Assembly: GCA_964612295.1 (NCBI GenBank)
Contig: CAZTDY010000009.1
Coordinates: 25,992-89,991 of the forward strand
DNA length: 64,000 bases
Direction of reading: 5' to 3'
Origin: an uncultured bacterium
Lineage (GTDB): Bacteria > Eisenbacteria > RBG-16-71-46 > CAIMUX01 > WJJG01
Both the position numbers and the translations under genes were made by a program. Positions within the stretch are counted from its first letter, which is position 1. Each line of letters starts with the position of its first letter. Of the stretch, positions 16,831-26,083 are shown in pieces. Under the pieces are notes generated by a model. It had not been told where the DNA came from. It did not search any database and saw nothing but the letters and a program-made list of their open reading frames with translations.

Positions 16831-18603
16831 TCATCTCTCCAGGACAACCACAGAACAGGCTACGGGATCTTGCCCCGCAACGCTCAGTTCGGCCCAGTAG
16901 ACCCCCGTCGGAACCGGACGGCCGTCGCCCGCCCGGCCATCCCACGAGAAATGATGGTCCCCGGCCGCCAACTCGCCTTGAACAACCTGCCGCACGAGCC
17001 GTCCGTTGCTGTCGACAACGCGCAGGCAGCCTGTCTCGGCCGTTGGAAGCCTGAATCGCAGCGTCCCTGACGTCGTGATCGGATTCGGCTCGACGCGCAG
17101 ATTCAAGGCCTGCCGGAATCCCGGCTGCTCCGCATACGGGTCGGCGCCGGGTTCGCCGTCCACGCTACTAGAAAGCCAGACGAGCCCGACCTGCAGGTCG
17201 TCCAAGAGGGGAGCCCCGGCGGTCGGAAAACGATCGGGAAGACCCAGTGGCGCGCCCGCGTTGTAGAACTCGAACACGACCCGCACCGAATCCCACTCGG
17301 CCGGCAACGGTTCGCCGGCCAGTCCATCCAGATTTGTGAGATTGGCGAGCCAGGTTTCAGCCTGCGCAGTCCCCGAGTGCCACCAGGTGTTCTGTCCGCG
17401 CCGCAACGACCAGCGATCCTCGGCCCCGCCCTCGCCCGGGCTTGGATACACCCGGTAACCGGGTCGGAACATGGGACCCATGGCGCTCAGGAACGTGCTG
17501 TAACGCACGATGGTTTCGTCGCAGCCCGGCGGCAAAGAGACGTCCTGAACCACGGGTCCCGACTGACCGGCCTGCGAGCCGACCGGCATACTGGGCGCGT
17601 CGCGGCTGTTGCCCCGGTTGTCCAGGAATTCCAGCACGTTGCCGGTCATGGGCCAGTCCGTGAGACCGGATTCCTCGACCCACGGAACCCAGGCGGATTC
17701 CGGGACCGTCCCCATGACCGACTGTCCACCGGACGCGCACTTCTCGAACGTCCAGCCGTCAGGACCGGTGTCGAAGTTGTATCCGAAGGATCCGCCGCCG
17801 CCGATCGTGATCCTCACCTGGTCCACCCCCAAGGGGCCGCAGGGAGAATCCCATCCGCCATCCTGGTCCGACCAGGCGCCGTCGGCTTCCACGAAGAAAC
17901 CCAGTTGCGCAAGGTGGGTGCCCGACGGAATCTCAGCAGCACCCACGACGGCCGCAAACTCCGCCCAGACCTCCGGCGAGCCCTCCACCCCGGTCAGGGA
18001 GGAGACGAGCACCTCGTCGAGTGGTTGCCCGGTATCATCGAAGCAGTGCAGATTGACATACACATAGTCCCAGCCGGTCTCCGTGTTCAGGAAGTACTCA
18101 AAGGAAATCCCGACCGAGGCGTCCACGGTCAGATCGAATTGGGGCGAGCGCGCACGTTGGCACATGAAGTTCTGATAGCCGATTCCGCTCTCGAAGTGGC
18201 GCTCCCAGGCCTCGTCTTCATGGATGCCGCACCAGAGTATGCCCCCCTCTTCTACCGGCATACAGGGATCCCCGTGGGCGATGAAGTCCGCTGCGGTCAC
18301 GCGCTCGAAGTACACGCCGGGGTTGATGTAGTTGCCGTGCGGTTCCCATCCCTGCAGGGGATCTTCGACAATCGTGTCCCAATCCCAGATTCCCCCAAGG
18401 TAGCCCATGCCCGTCCCGTCATCCCCGCCCGTCCAGGCGGTGTCATCGCGCGCCCCCGAGAACCTCCCCGGCTCGCTCTGCTGGGGAGGCGGCATCGGCT
18501 GCAGCAGATCCCCCACCGGATCGTTCGGGGTGACGGCAAGCGCTGAAGGCACCAGGGTCAAGATCGTTCCAAGGGTCAGCATGATCAGTGTCAGAGTCTT
18601 CAT
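16831..18603 (-). CDS. Secreted hypothetical protein (MAM/InhA-like jelly-roll segments) with C-terminal FlgD Ig-like domain
   Basis: RBS AAGGAGGAG before ATG 18603; signal MKTLTLIMLTLGTILTLVPSALA; SFEYFLNTETGWDYVYV and ADGAWSDQDG segments; C-terminus EPNP...GRLVRQV...FSWDGRAGDGRPVPTGVYW. Confidence 0.8.
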   Translation of the reverse strand: MKTLTLIMLTLGTILTLVPSALAVTPNDPVGDLLQPMPPPQQSEPGRFSGARDDTAWTGGDDGTGMGYLGGIWDWDTIVEDPLQGWEPHGNYINPGVYFERVTAADFIAHGDPCMPVEEGGILWCGIHEDEAWERHFESGIGYQNFMCQRARSPQFDLTVDASVGISFEYFLNTETGWDYVYVNLHCFDDTGQPLDEVLVSSLTGVEGSPEVWAEFAAVVGAAEIPSGTHLAQLGFFVEADGAWSDQDGGWDSPCGPLGVDQVRITIGGGGSFGYNFDTGPDGWTFEKCASGGQSVMGTVPESAWVPWVEESGLTDWPMTGNVLEFLDNRGNSRDAPSMPVGSQAGQSGPVVQDVSLPPGCDETIVRYSTFLSAMGPMFRPGYRVYPSPGEGGAEDRWSLRRGQNTWWHSGTAQAETWLANLTNLDGLAGEPLPAEWDSVRVVFEFYNAGAPLGLPDRFPTAGAPLLDDLQVGLVWLSSSVDGEPGADPYAEQPGFRQALNLRVEPNPITTSGTLRFRLPTAETGCLRVVDSNGRLVRQVVQGELAAGDHHFSWDGRAGDGRPVPTGVYWAELSVAGQDPVACSVVVLER

Positions 18604-18767
18604 CACGGTCTCCTCCTTCCCGCCATTTGAATCCGATGGGGGATGACTGCTGTCACCGGGAGCACGAGTGGAAGAGACGGAATCTAACAGGCGATTTGAC
18701 CTGCAGGTTCTCCGCTGGTTTTCCTCAGCCGGTGCGTTTGGACACTGGAGGGAGGAAGGAGCAAGCC

Positions 18768-19751
18768 ATGAAACGAGCAATCTTCATCGGAATCGCCATC
18801 CTGGTCGCCACGGTCGTCACCTGGGTCATCGTGCGCGAGTCCGGGGCGAGCACCACAGCGTACCGGTTTGTGACCGTGGATCAGGGGACGGTCACCGAAA
18901 CCGTCGCCAGCACGGGGACGCTGGATGCGATCACGACGGTGGAGGTGGGCACCGAGGTGTCGGGGTCCATCGACCAGCTCTATGCCGACTTCAACGATGA
19001 GGTTGTCGAAGGGCAACTGATCGCGGTCCTCGACACCACCCTGCTCGAGATCGCCGTTCGGGAAACCCAGGCGAACCTGGATCGCAGCCTGGCGCAGCTC
19101 AAGTACACCCAGCGCGAGTATGAGCGGAAGGACAAGCTGTTCGAGCAGGGTCTTGTGGCGGAAACTGAGCACTACAAGGCAGCCTACGAACTGGAAACTG
19201 CCCGAGCGGACGTCGGCGCCGTCGAGGCCCGGCTGCAGGAGGCCCAGGAGAAGCTGGCCGACGCGAGGATCTACGCCCCCGTCTCCGGCATCGTCATCGA
19301 GCGCGATGTCGATGTCGGGCAAACCGTGGCCGCCAGCCTCTCCTCACCCCGCCTCTTCCTCATCGCGGAGGACCTTGCCTCCATGAGGATCTTCGTGGCC
19401 GTGGATGAAAGCGACATCGGCAAGATCCATGCGGGTCAACCCGTTGAATTCCAGGTGCAGGCCTATCCCGACGAGCTGTTCGAGGGCACCGTGAGCCAAG
19501 TGAGGCTGCAGTCGGAGGTGGATCAGAATGTGGTGACCTATACCGTGGTCATCGACGTCGGCAATGGCGACCGCCGGCTGTTGCCCGGGATCACGGACGG
19601 GCAGTACACCGAGGTGCGCGGACCCGATCTGGCGAACGGTCGGCGGGTGATCGTGGGCACGACGACCCAATCCTCGCAAGCGGCCAGCAGCAGTCCGTTT
19701 CAATCGGAGCAGCGGAACACGCGCCGGGGACCTCCCGGGCCGGGCTTCTAG
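18768..19751 (+). CDS. Efflux membrane-fusion (periplasmic adaptor) protein, MacA-like; appears internally deleted
   Basis: N-terminal TM; TGTL...VEVGTEVSG lipoyl half; coiled-coil hairpin; IYAPVSGIVI, VDESDIGKI, VVTYTVVI; LLPG joined directly to ITDGQYTEV. Confidence 0.85.
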   Translation: MKRAIFIGIAILVATVVTWVIVRESGASTTAYRFVTVDQGTVTETVASTGTLDAITTVEVGTEVSGSIDQLYADFNDEVVEGQLIAVLDTTLLEIAVRETQANLDRSLAQLKYTQREYERKDKLFEQGLVAETEHYKAAYELETARADVGAVEARLQEAQEKLADARIYAPVSGIVIERDVDVGQTVAASLSSPRLFLIAEDLASMRIFVAVDESDIGKIHAGQPVEFQVQAYPDELFEGTVSQVRLQSEVDQNVVTYTVVIDVGNGDRRLLPGITDGQYTEVRGPDLANGRRVIVGTTTQSSQAASSSPFQSEQRNTRRGPPGPGF

Positions 19752-19763
19752 AGGAGAGCCGCC

Positions 19764-20498
19764 ATGATTCTCCCAACCGACAACGGCTCGCCGGCCGACG
19801 GCGTCATCCTCGCGCACGATCTCACGCGGACCTATCGGATAGGGAACACCCCGGTCCATGCCCTACGGCAGGTCAACCTTACGGTGCGCCGCGGCGAGAT
19901 GATCTCGATCATGGGCGCCTCGGGCTCCGGGAAATCGACACTGCTCAACCTGCTGGGCTGCCTCGATTCCCCGACGTCCGGATCCCTCTGCCTCGCGGGA
20001 CGGGAAACGCGGGGGCTGAGCCGCGATGAGCAGGCGCGGATTCGAAACCAGCTGATCGGCATCGTCTTTCAGGGTTTCAACCTGCTCACGCGCACCAGCG
20101 CGGTCGAGAATGTGGAACTCCCCCTGCTCTATCGCCGAAACGGCCGGGCCGCCGACTCGCGGCGGGCGGCCACGGACATGCTACGCCGGGTCGGACTCGG
20201 CGAAAGGCTGGCGCACGATTCCACCGAGCTTTCGGGCGGAGAGCAACAGCGGGTCGCCATCGCGAGGGCGATGATCAGTCAGCCGGAGATTCTCCTGGCC
20301 GATGAGCCGACCGGCAACCTCGACTCCAAGACTTCGATTGAAGTGATGGGTCTGTTCCAGGAACTGAACGAACAGGGAATCACGATCCTGATCGTCACCC
20401 ACGAGGATGAGATCGCCCAGTACACGAACCGGATCATCGAGCTGCGCGATGGGCAGATCGTCAGTGACAGGCCTGTGGAAGAGGAGGCCATCCGATGA
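19764..20498 (+). CDS. ABC transporter ATP-binding protein (MacB/LolD family)
   Basis: Walker A GASGSGKST; signature LSGGEQQRVAIARA; Walker B ILLADEPTGNLD; IVTHE. Confidence 0.95.
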   Translation: MILPTDNGSPADGVILAHDLTRTYRIGNTPVHALRQVNLTVRRGEMISIMGASGSGKSTLLNLLGCLDSPTSGSLCLAGRETRGLSRDEQARIRNQLIGIVFQGFNLLTRTSAVENVELPLLYRRNGRAADSRRAATDMLRRVGLGERLAHDSTELSGGEQQRVAIARAMISQPEILLADEPTGNLDSKTSIEVMGLFQELNEQGITILIVTHEDEIAQYTNRIIELRDGQIVSDRPVEEEAIR

Positions 20499-21712
20499 AT
20501 GCTCTGGCCCTGGGACGCCTGGCGGTCCGCAATGTTGTCCGCAATCCCATGCGCAGTGGGCTGACGATGCTCGGCATCGTGATCGGCGTTGCCGCCGTGC
20601 TGGTCATGGTCGGCATCGGGGAAGGTGCGCAGGCCCAGATTCGCCAGCGCATCGAAAGCCTCGGCACAAACCTGATCGTGATCTCCCCCGGCGCGCACAC
20701 GCAGGGCGGAGTGAGCGGCGGCGGGGCTAGCGGCAACAGCCTGACCGTCGATGATGTGGAGCTGTTGGCCCGCGAGAGCTTGATGATCACCGCCATTTCC
20801 CCACTGATTGCCAGCGGGGGCCAGGTGATCGGGGGGACCGGCAACTGGCGCGCGCCGATTCAGGGCGTCTCGACCGACTACGCGCACATCCGGGATCTCA
20901 CCACCAGTTCGGGAGCCTTCTTCGACGAATCCGCCGTCCGAACTTACGAGAAGGTCGCCGTTCTCGGGAAGACAGTTTCGGACATTCTCTTCCCGGAAAG
21001 CGACCCCGTCGGGGAGAGAGTGCAGCTTCGCAATGTCCCCTTCACCGTCATCGGCGTGTTGGATGCAAAGGGCCAATCCGCGGACGGCACCGACATGGAC
21101 GATGTGATTCTGATCCCCTACACCACGTTGCAGCGTCGCCTGTCGGGCCGGCAGTTCATTCCCATGATTCTGGCCAGCGCCTCCTCCCCCGGCGACATCG
21201 CGCCGGCTCAGGAGGAACTCCAGATTCTGATGAGAGAGGCGCACGAACTGGCCAGCTGGGAAGAGGATGACTTCACGGTCCGCAATCAATCCGATCTGGC
21301 GGAGACCGCGGAAGGAACCACTGAGGTGATGACCCAGCTCCTGGCGGCCATTGCCGGGGTGTCTCTGATCGTGGGGGGCATCGGCATCATGAACATCATG
21401 CTCGTGTCGGTCACTGAGCGCACTCGGGAGATCGGGATCCGCATCGCGGTTGGCGCACGGGGCCAGGACGTGCTGCGGCAGTTTCTGGTCGAGAGCGTGG
21501 TGATGACATTGCTGGGCGGATGCATCGGCATCGCCACCGGCTTCGCGGGCGCCCTGGTGCTGTCCCGGTTCACCGGCTGGAGCACCTACATCTCCCCGCA
21601 GGCGATCGCGATGGCGATGGGTTGCTCGGCCCTCGTGGGTATCTTCTTCGGATACTATCCGGCCAGACGCGCTGCGGCGCTCGATCCCATCCAGGCCCTC
21701 AGGCAGGAGTAG
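20495..21712 (+). CDS. ABC transporter permease (MacB/FtsX family)
   Basis: RSGLTMLGIVIGVAAV; periplasmic core; VGGIGIMNIMLVSVTERTREIGIRIAVGA; GYYPARRAAALDPIQALR; ATGA overlap with the upstream gene. Confidence 0.95.
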   Translation: MNALALGRLAVRNVVRNPMRSGLTMLGIVIGVAAVLVMVGIGEGAQAQIRQRIESLGTNLIVISPGAHTQGGVSGGGASGNSLTVDDVELLARESLMITAISPLIASGGQVIGGTGNWRAPIQGVSTDYAHIRDLTTSSGAFFDESAVRTYEKVAVLGKTVSDILFPESDPVGERVQLRNVPFTVIGVLDAKGQSADGTDMDDVILIPYTTLQRRLSGRQFIPMILASASSPGDIAPAQEELQILMREAHELASWEEDDFTVRNQSDLAETAEGTTEVMTQLLAAIAGVSLIVGGIGIMNIMLVSVTERTREIGIRIAVGARGQDVLRQFLVESVVMTLLGGCIGIATGFAGALVLSRFTGWSTYISPQAIAMAMGCSALVGIFFGYYPARRAAALDPIQALRQE

Positions 21713-21718
21713 CCGCGC

Positions 21719-24700
21719 CTACTCCCTCACCGCCCGCGGGAAGATCGTCTCGACGAGCCCGGTGACCGCCGCATTGGGGCTCGGAATCGACTCGAGCTCG
21801 ATCTGCATGTGCTCTTCGAACGGCGAAGCGTAGCCGAAAACGACTTTCGTAATCGATTGACGGCTGCCTCGCAGGATCAGAGCCGGCGTGCTCGGGCGGC
21901 GGCCACGCCCGCGAGGCAGCTCCGATGCCGTCAGCCTACCTTGCGAGAATCGCAAGCGGGCCCGGAGCTCATCACCCTCCAAGTCGATCACACCCGTCCA
22001 ACCGCGCCACGGTTTGCTCGCCCGCAGACGCTCTTCGAACATCACTTTGAGCTCATCGAGAAGCTGCACGAGATCGTTGATGCGATGGAGTTCGACCAGT
22101 CCGCCGCGCGTGGTCGCATACCCGGCGTGACGCACGAGCCCGAAAAGGAAATCGTCGAAGAGGGATCCGTAGACGTCCTTCTCGATCCTCTTCTGCCCCT
22201 TGCGGTGAAGCTCGCGGTGAACACGATTGAGCAAGGCCAGTCCCACCTGCTCACGCCAGTTCACCTTCGGTTTCGCCTTGTCCGGGGCAGGCGACTTCTT
22301 CGCCTTCTTGCTCTTGAGCTCTGCAACCTCGATGAACTCCAGGTGCGCTTCCTCGTGACGAAGGTGCGCGGAAGCCACCCCCACCAGTCGCTTGCCCTCG
22401 AATGCCACGAAGGCCGGACCCAGCTCGGGCCACCGGGTCAGTCGCACCGGCTCCATGATCTTGTCCATGCGCCGGGTCATGAGGAGATCGGTGACTGCGG
22501 GCATGTCATCCGGGCGGGCCGGACGGATCGTGATGCCGCGGGGCGCCTTGATCAGCGGCTCTGCAGTGAGTTCACGCTTCATCTCGTGCATGACCCAGAC
22601 ATCCTGCAGCCCAAACTGCCGGTAGAGCGTGTGGGCGACGTTGCGGGTGCCTGTGTGAAGGCTGGTGGTGGCGCACTCCCGATCATGGTGTTCGTCCAAG
22701 CAGGCCGCCATGGCGAGACGGGCCAATCCCCGCCGGCGCCAGCGCGGCGCCGTGTGCACCCAATCGACATACCAGGTCGAGAGGGCGGTCTGGTAAGGCA
22801 TGTCGAAGAAGAAGGGGAGATTCCAGGTGTTGGCCACCGCGTATCCGTCCACGGTGGGAAAGACCTTCTTCATGCCGCGGTGATAGCAGGTCTGGAAGCC
22901 GCAGCCGCGCAGTTTGTCAAAGGCAAACCGCTTCGCGCGGCGGTCGGCGGCACACTCGAGCGCGTAGCCGGCGCTCACCTGAAACCGCACATCCTGCGCG
23001 GCCGCATGACGCACGAGGGCATCGCAGGCCCGACCATCGCGCGTCTCGAAGGCCAGCATCAGCGCCACCGCGGCAGCCAGCCCATGATCCGCCGATCGGA
23101 GAAACTTGCGCGCCGGCTTGATCCCTCGCTCATCACGCACCAACAGAAGCCGGGCGATGGCGGGCAGAGACCGAGCCGGGCGGGCGGAAAGACTGTCCTT
23201 GGCGCACTGATCCAACGTGCGTTTCTCACTCGCCAGGCGCTCCCCCAGCAGCACCAGTGCATCATGCCGGTCGGATGCCGGTTCCTGCGCGTTCGCCAGG
23301 ATGCGCAACCAGTCACGACGGGTGGCGTCTTTGAGCGCATCGGAACCCGGCGCCTGCAAGGGAACGCGCCGCACCGTGTGGCCCTGCCTCTTCAGCCATG
23401 CGTAGGCCTTCGGCCCGACGACCGTGGCGAGGAAGAATGCGATCTGATCCAGCTCGCTGTAGAGCTTGTCATCCAGGTACTTGAGCGGGTTCTTCTTGGG
23501 AAGCGCCTTCCAAAGCCGGCTGACAGCGCGCGGTCCCCAAGTACGCTCGATATCGAGCCAGAAGCGGCGCTGCCGCGCGGTCTCTCGCCTCTCCGAGTAG
23601 ATCCGGCCAAGATCGGCGGGATCCTCGTCCGAACAGGCGTTCTCCAATTCAGCCGCGAAGCCCTCTTCACCCAGCTTGCGCAGCAGATGATGTTTGAGAT
23701 AGAAGGCCATTGGCTGCCAGAAGGTGCGCCAGGCCCAACTCACCCGGTGGAGCATCCAGGCGTCGCAGAGCATCTCGGCCAGCGCGGCGATCAATGCGCC
23801 CCGGTGACAACTCGTGCCCAGAAAGGTCTGCAGCGGATCACGGAACGGCCACTCACTCCAGTAACGACACCCACCGTGGAGCGTAATCTGCCAGTGAGCG
23901 AGTTTCTGGTTGGGGTCCATCACGCGGCGCGTCTCTTTCCAGACCTCTTCGGCCAGCGCGAGCACGTCCTTGGCCCGCGCTCGATCGGCGGGCGTGAACA
24001 CGACCTTCACGCCTCCTCGCTCGAGAGTCTCATAGGAGGCAGCGATCACCGGAGGCACCTGCCACTTCGGATCGCGCTCTAAGCGCCTGGCCGAGCGGCG
24101 CGGTCCGGGCGCCAACCTGGCCAACCAGTGCGTCGCGGCCCAGGTGTTGTAGCGCATCGAGAACATCTCGGCATCGCCGAGAACCAGGACGCGGCCCTTT
24201 CCATGGCGCGACATCGCCGCGACGCAGGATCCGTCCTTGGCACGCAGAAGGGCTCGCGCGCCGGAGGGAGCGGTGATTGGGCCGGGTCGCTGGAGGAGCA
24301 GGTCCCCCAACTTGAGTCCGAGCCGCTTCCCGGCGGCGGTGAGCTCGAGATCCTCCGGCGAGTAACCTCGGTGGGCATAGAGGTCGGGGGGAAGCTCGCC
24401 CACGCTGAGAAAGGAGTAGCCGAAAACTCGCGCGATCTGCTGGGCGGCGAGGCGATCCACGCTCCGTCCGGACTCCAGCTCGAAGCGCCCCACGCCGGCA
24501 GCCACCAGGAGTGACCCGCCGCGTTTCACGAACGCGCGAATCGTCTCACACTCTTGCGCGCTGTAGGACGCGGCGCTGGTGCTGCAAATGACCAACAGAT
24601 CGTAGTCGCGAAGACGCTTCTCGGTGAGGCGTCCCCTGTTGTCGGTACTGCGGAAGGTGCGCAGTGGCCTCAGCCAGCTGACGACCTCTCCGTAGCCCGC

Positions 24701-24760
24701 ATCGCGCGACCGATCCACCATCACTAGAATCGGATCCGCGTGCACGATCGATGTGAACAT
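21719..24760 (-). CDS. Multidomain protein: GATase-like/DUF4350-like N-terminus, helical/HEAT-like middle, tandem GNAT acetyltransferase domains, SCP2-like C-terminus
   Basis: RBS GGGAGAG before ATG 24760. N-terminal LRDYDLLVI...ECETIRAFVKRGGSLLV; GNAT1 VDWVHTAPRWRRRGLAR...NVAHTLYRQFG; GNAT2 ITIRPARPDD...AFEGKRLVG; C-terminal RINDLVQLL...LRFSQGRL...LILRGSRQSITKVVFG. Confidence 0.75.
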   Translation of the reverse strand: MFTSIVHADPILVMVDRSRDAGYGEVVSWLRPLRTFRSTDNRGRLTEKRLRDYDLLVICSTSAASYSAQECETIRAFVKRGGSLLVAAGVGRFELESGRSVDRLAAQQIARVFGYSFLSVGELPPDLYAHRGYSPEDLELTAAGKRLGLKLGDLLLQRPGPITAPSGARALLRAKDGSCVAAMSRHGKGRVLVLGDAEMFSMRYNTWAATHWLARLAPGPRRSARRLERDPKWQVPPVIAASYETLERGGVKVVFTPADRARAKDVLALAEEVWKETRRVMDPNQKLAHWQITLHGGCRYWSEWPFRDPLQTFLGTSCHRGALIAALAEMLCDAWMLHRVSWAWRTFWQPMAFYLKHHLLRKLGEEGFAAELENACSDEDPADLGRIYSERRETARQRRFWLDIERTWGPRAVSRLWKALPKKNPLKYLDDKLYSELDQIAFFLATVVGPKAYAWLKRQGHTVRRVPLQAPGSDALKDATRRDWLRILANAQEPASDRHDALVLLGERLASEKRTLDQCAKDSLSARPARSLPAIARLLLVRDERGIKPARKFLRSADHGLAAAVALMLAFETRDGRACDALVRHAAAQDVRFQVSAGYALECAADRRAKRFAFDKLRGCGFQTCYHRGMKKVFPTVDGYAVANTWNLPFFFDMPYQTALSTWYVDWVHTAPRWRRRGLARLAMAACLDEHHDRECATTSLHTGTRNVAHTLYRQFGLQDVWVMHEMKRELTAEPLIKAPRGITIRPARPDDMPAVTDLLMTRRMDKIMEPVRLTRWPELGPAFVAFEGKRLVGVASAHLRHEEAHLEFIEVAELKSKKAKKSPAPDKAKPKVNWREQVGLALLNRVHRELHRKGQKRIEKDVYGSLFDDFLFGLVRHAGYATTRGGLVELHRINDLVQLLDELKVMFEERLRASKPWRGWTGVIDLEGDELRARLRFSQGRLTASELPRGRGRRPSTPALILRGSRQSITKVVFGYASPFEEHMQIELESIPSPNAAVTGLVETIFPRAVRE

Positions 24761-24862
24761 GGACTCTCCCATCATTTCACTGGATGCGCTGACCACACTC
24801 CACCAAGAGAACCTTCGCCGCCCGGGGGAAATCTTTTCACACCGGCGGCGGCCTGGTCCGGG

Positions 24863-26080
24863 CTAGCTCGTGTAGCGCAGGAATCGAGCGCCCAGAGCAG
24901 TGAACACGGCCGCGTAGGCCAGCAGAATCAGACAGGGAAGAACGACCGCCTCGGCTCCAGCCCCGTAGGAGATCAGCGCGTGGAATCCGTCCAGAGCCCA
25001 GGCAGCCGGAGAGATATGCCCCGCGGTACGCAGCCAGGACGGCACGACCTCGAGAGGCCACCAACACCCTCCCATGGCTCCAAGAAAGAGGGATACGACC
25101 AGGACGACTGCGGTCGCCTGCTCAACCCGGCGCAAGACCGCGCCCCAGAAGAGCGAAATCGAGGCGACCGTCAGCGCGAGGCACAGGACCACCGCGGCGA
25201 GCCCCACCGGGCTGTTGCCCAGATAGACGCCGAGCAGGAACTTGCCGGCAAGGATCAGGATGATGGCCTGCAGAAGCGCCAGCAGCGTCCGGCCCAGTAG
25301 TTTGCCCACCAGGATCCCCGAATGGGAGACGGCGTAGGTGGCGATGCGCGGCAGAATCTGATCCTGCTTCTCCTGCGTGAGGAAAACGGCCCCATAGATG
25401 GCGGTGTTGATCAGCATGAAGAGCGTCAGCGTCGCCGGAAAGCTCTGCCCCTTGCCGGAGGGAACCGGTCGGCCGCGACCGGCCGTCTTCGCCTCCACGA
25501 ATACACGACTCGATTCGGCCGCGGTGGCAACGAAGGCGGCTTCGAACGCTTCGTCAATCACGAGCAGCGGTGAGTTCGCGCTCGGCTCACCGGGCGTGGG
25601 GCCGGGGCCCGCGATCTTCCGCTGCGCCTCGGCCAGATTCGTGATGGTCTCGATGATCGCGCGCTGCAGATGCATCTCGGCCGTGATGGTCGCCTCGTCG
25701 TTGGTGTTCGGACGCCTATGCAACCGGAGCGTGACCTGGTGTCCCAAGGCCACGCTGTCCTGGAAGCCGACCGGAATGTGGAGGCAGCGTGGCCGCGAGG
25801 CGATCGAATCGGCGTCGATCACGGCCATCCGCGCGACGTTGAAACCCTCGGCGGTCAGGGCGTCGCAGAAAGAGCCGGAGAGAAACGACTGATCCTCGTC
25901 CGCAACCAGGAGGTTGATCCGGACGGTCTGAACACCTCCCCCACTGTTCATCGCACCGAATGCGTAGATGAAGACGACGGGCATGATGACCATCCAGAAG
26001 ATCGACGGACGATCCTTCACCGTCTGCAGCAGGTCGACCATGGCCATTGAGAACACTCGTCTCAGCATCTCGATCCTCAT
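24863..26080 (-). CDS. ABC-2 type exporter permease
   Basis: N-terminal TM (WMVIMPVVFI), large external loop, EKQDQILPRI, GKLLG, LGAMGGCWWPLEVVPSWL, SPAAWALDGF. Confidence 0.9.
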   Translation of the reverse strand: MRIEMLRRVFSMAMVDLLQTVKDRPSIFWMVIMPVVFIYAFGAMNSGGGVQTVRINLLVADEDQSFLSGSFCDALTAEGFNVARMAVIDADSIASRPRCLHIPVGFQDSVALGHQVTLRLHRRPNTNDEATITAEMHLQRAIIETITNLAEAQRKIAGPGPTPGEPSANSPLLVIDEAFEAAFVATAAESSRVFVEAKTAGRGRPVPSGKGQSFPATLTLFMLINTAIYGAVFLTQEKQDQILPRIATYAVSHSGILVGKLLGRTLLALLQAIILILAGKFLLGVYLGNSPVGLAAVVLCLALTVASISLFWGAVLRRVEQATAVVLVVSLFLGAMGGCWWPLEVVPSWLRTAGHISPAAWALDGFHALISYGAGAEAVVLPCLILLAYAAVFTALGARFLRYTS

Positions 26081-26083
26081 AAC

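Noticed and set aside
21809-24082. 757-aa plus-strand ORF
   Set aside because: Antisense shadow of the GNAT fusion gene; no recognisable motifs; typical of high-GC DNA.
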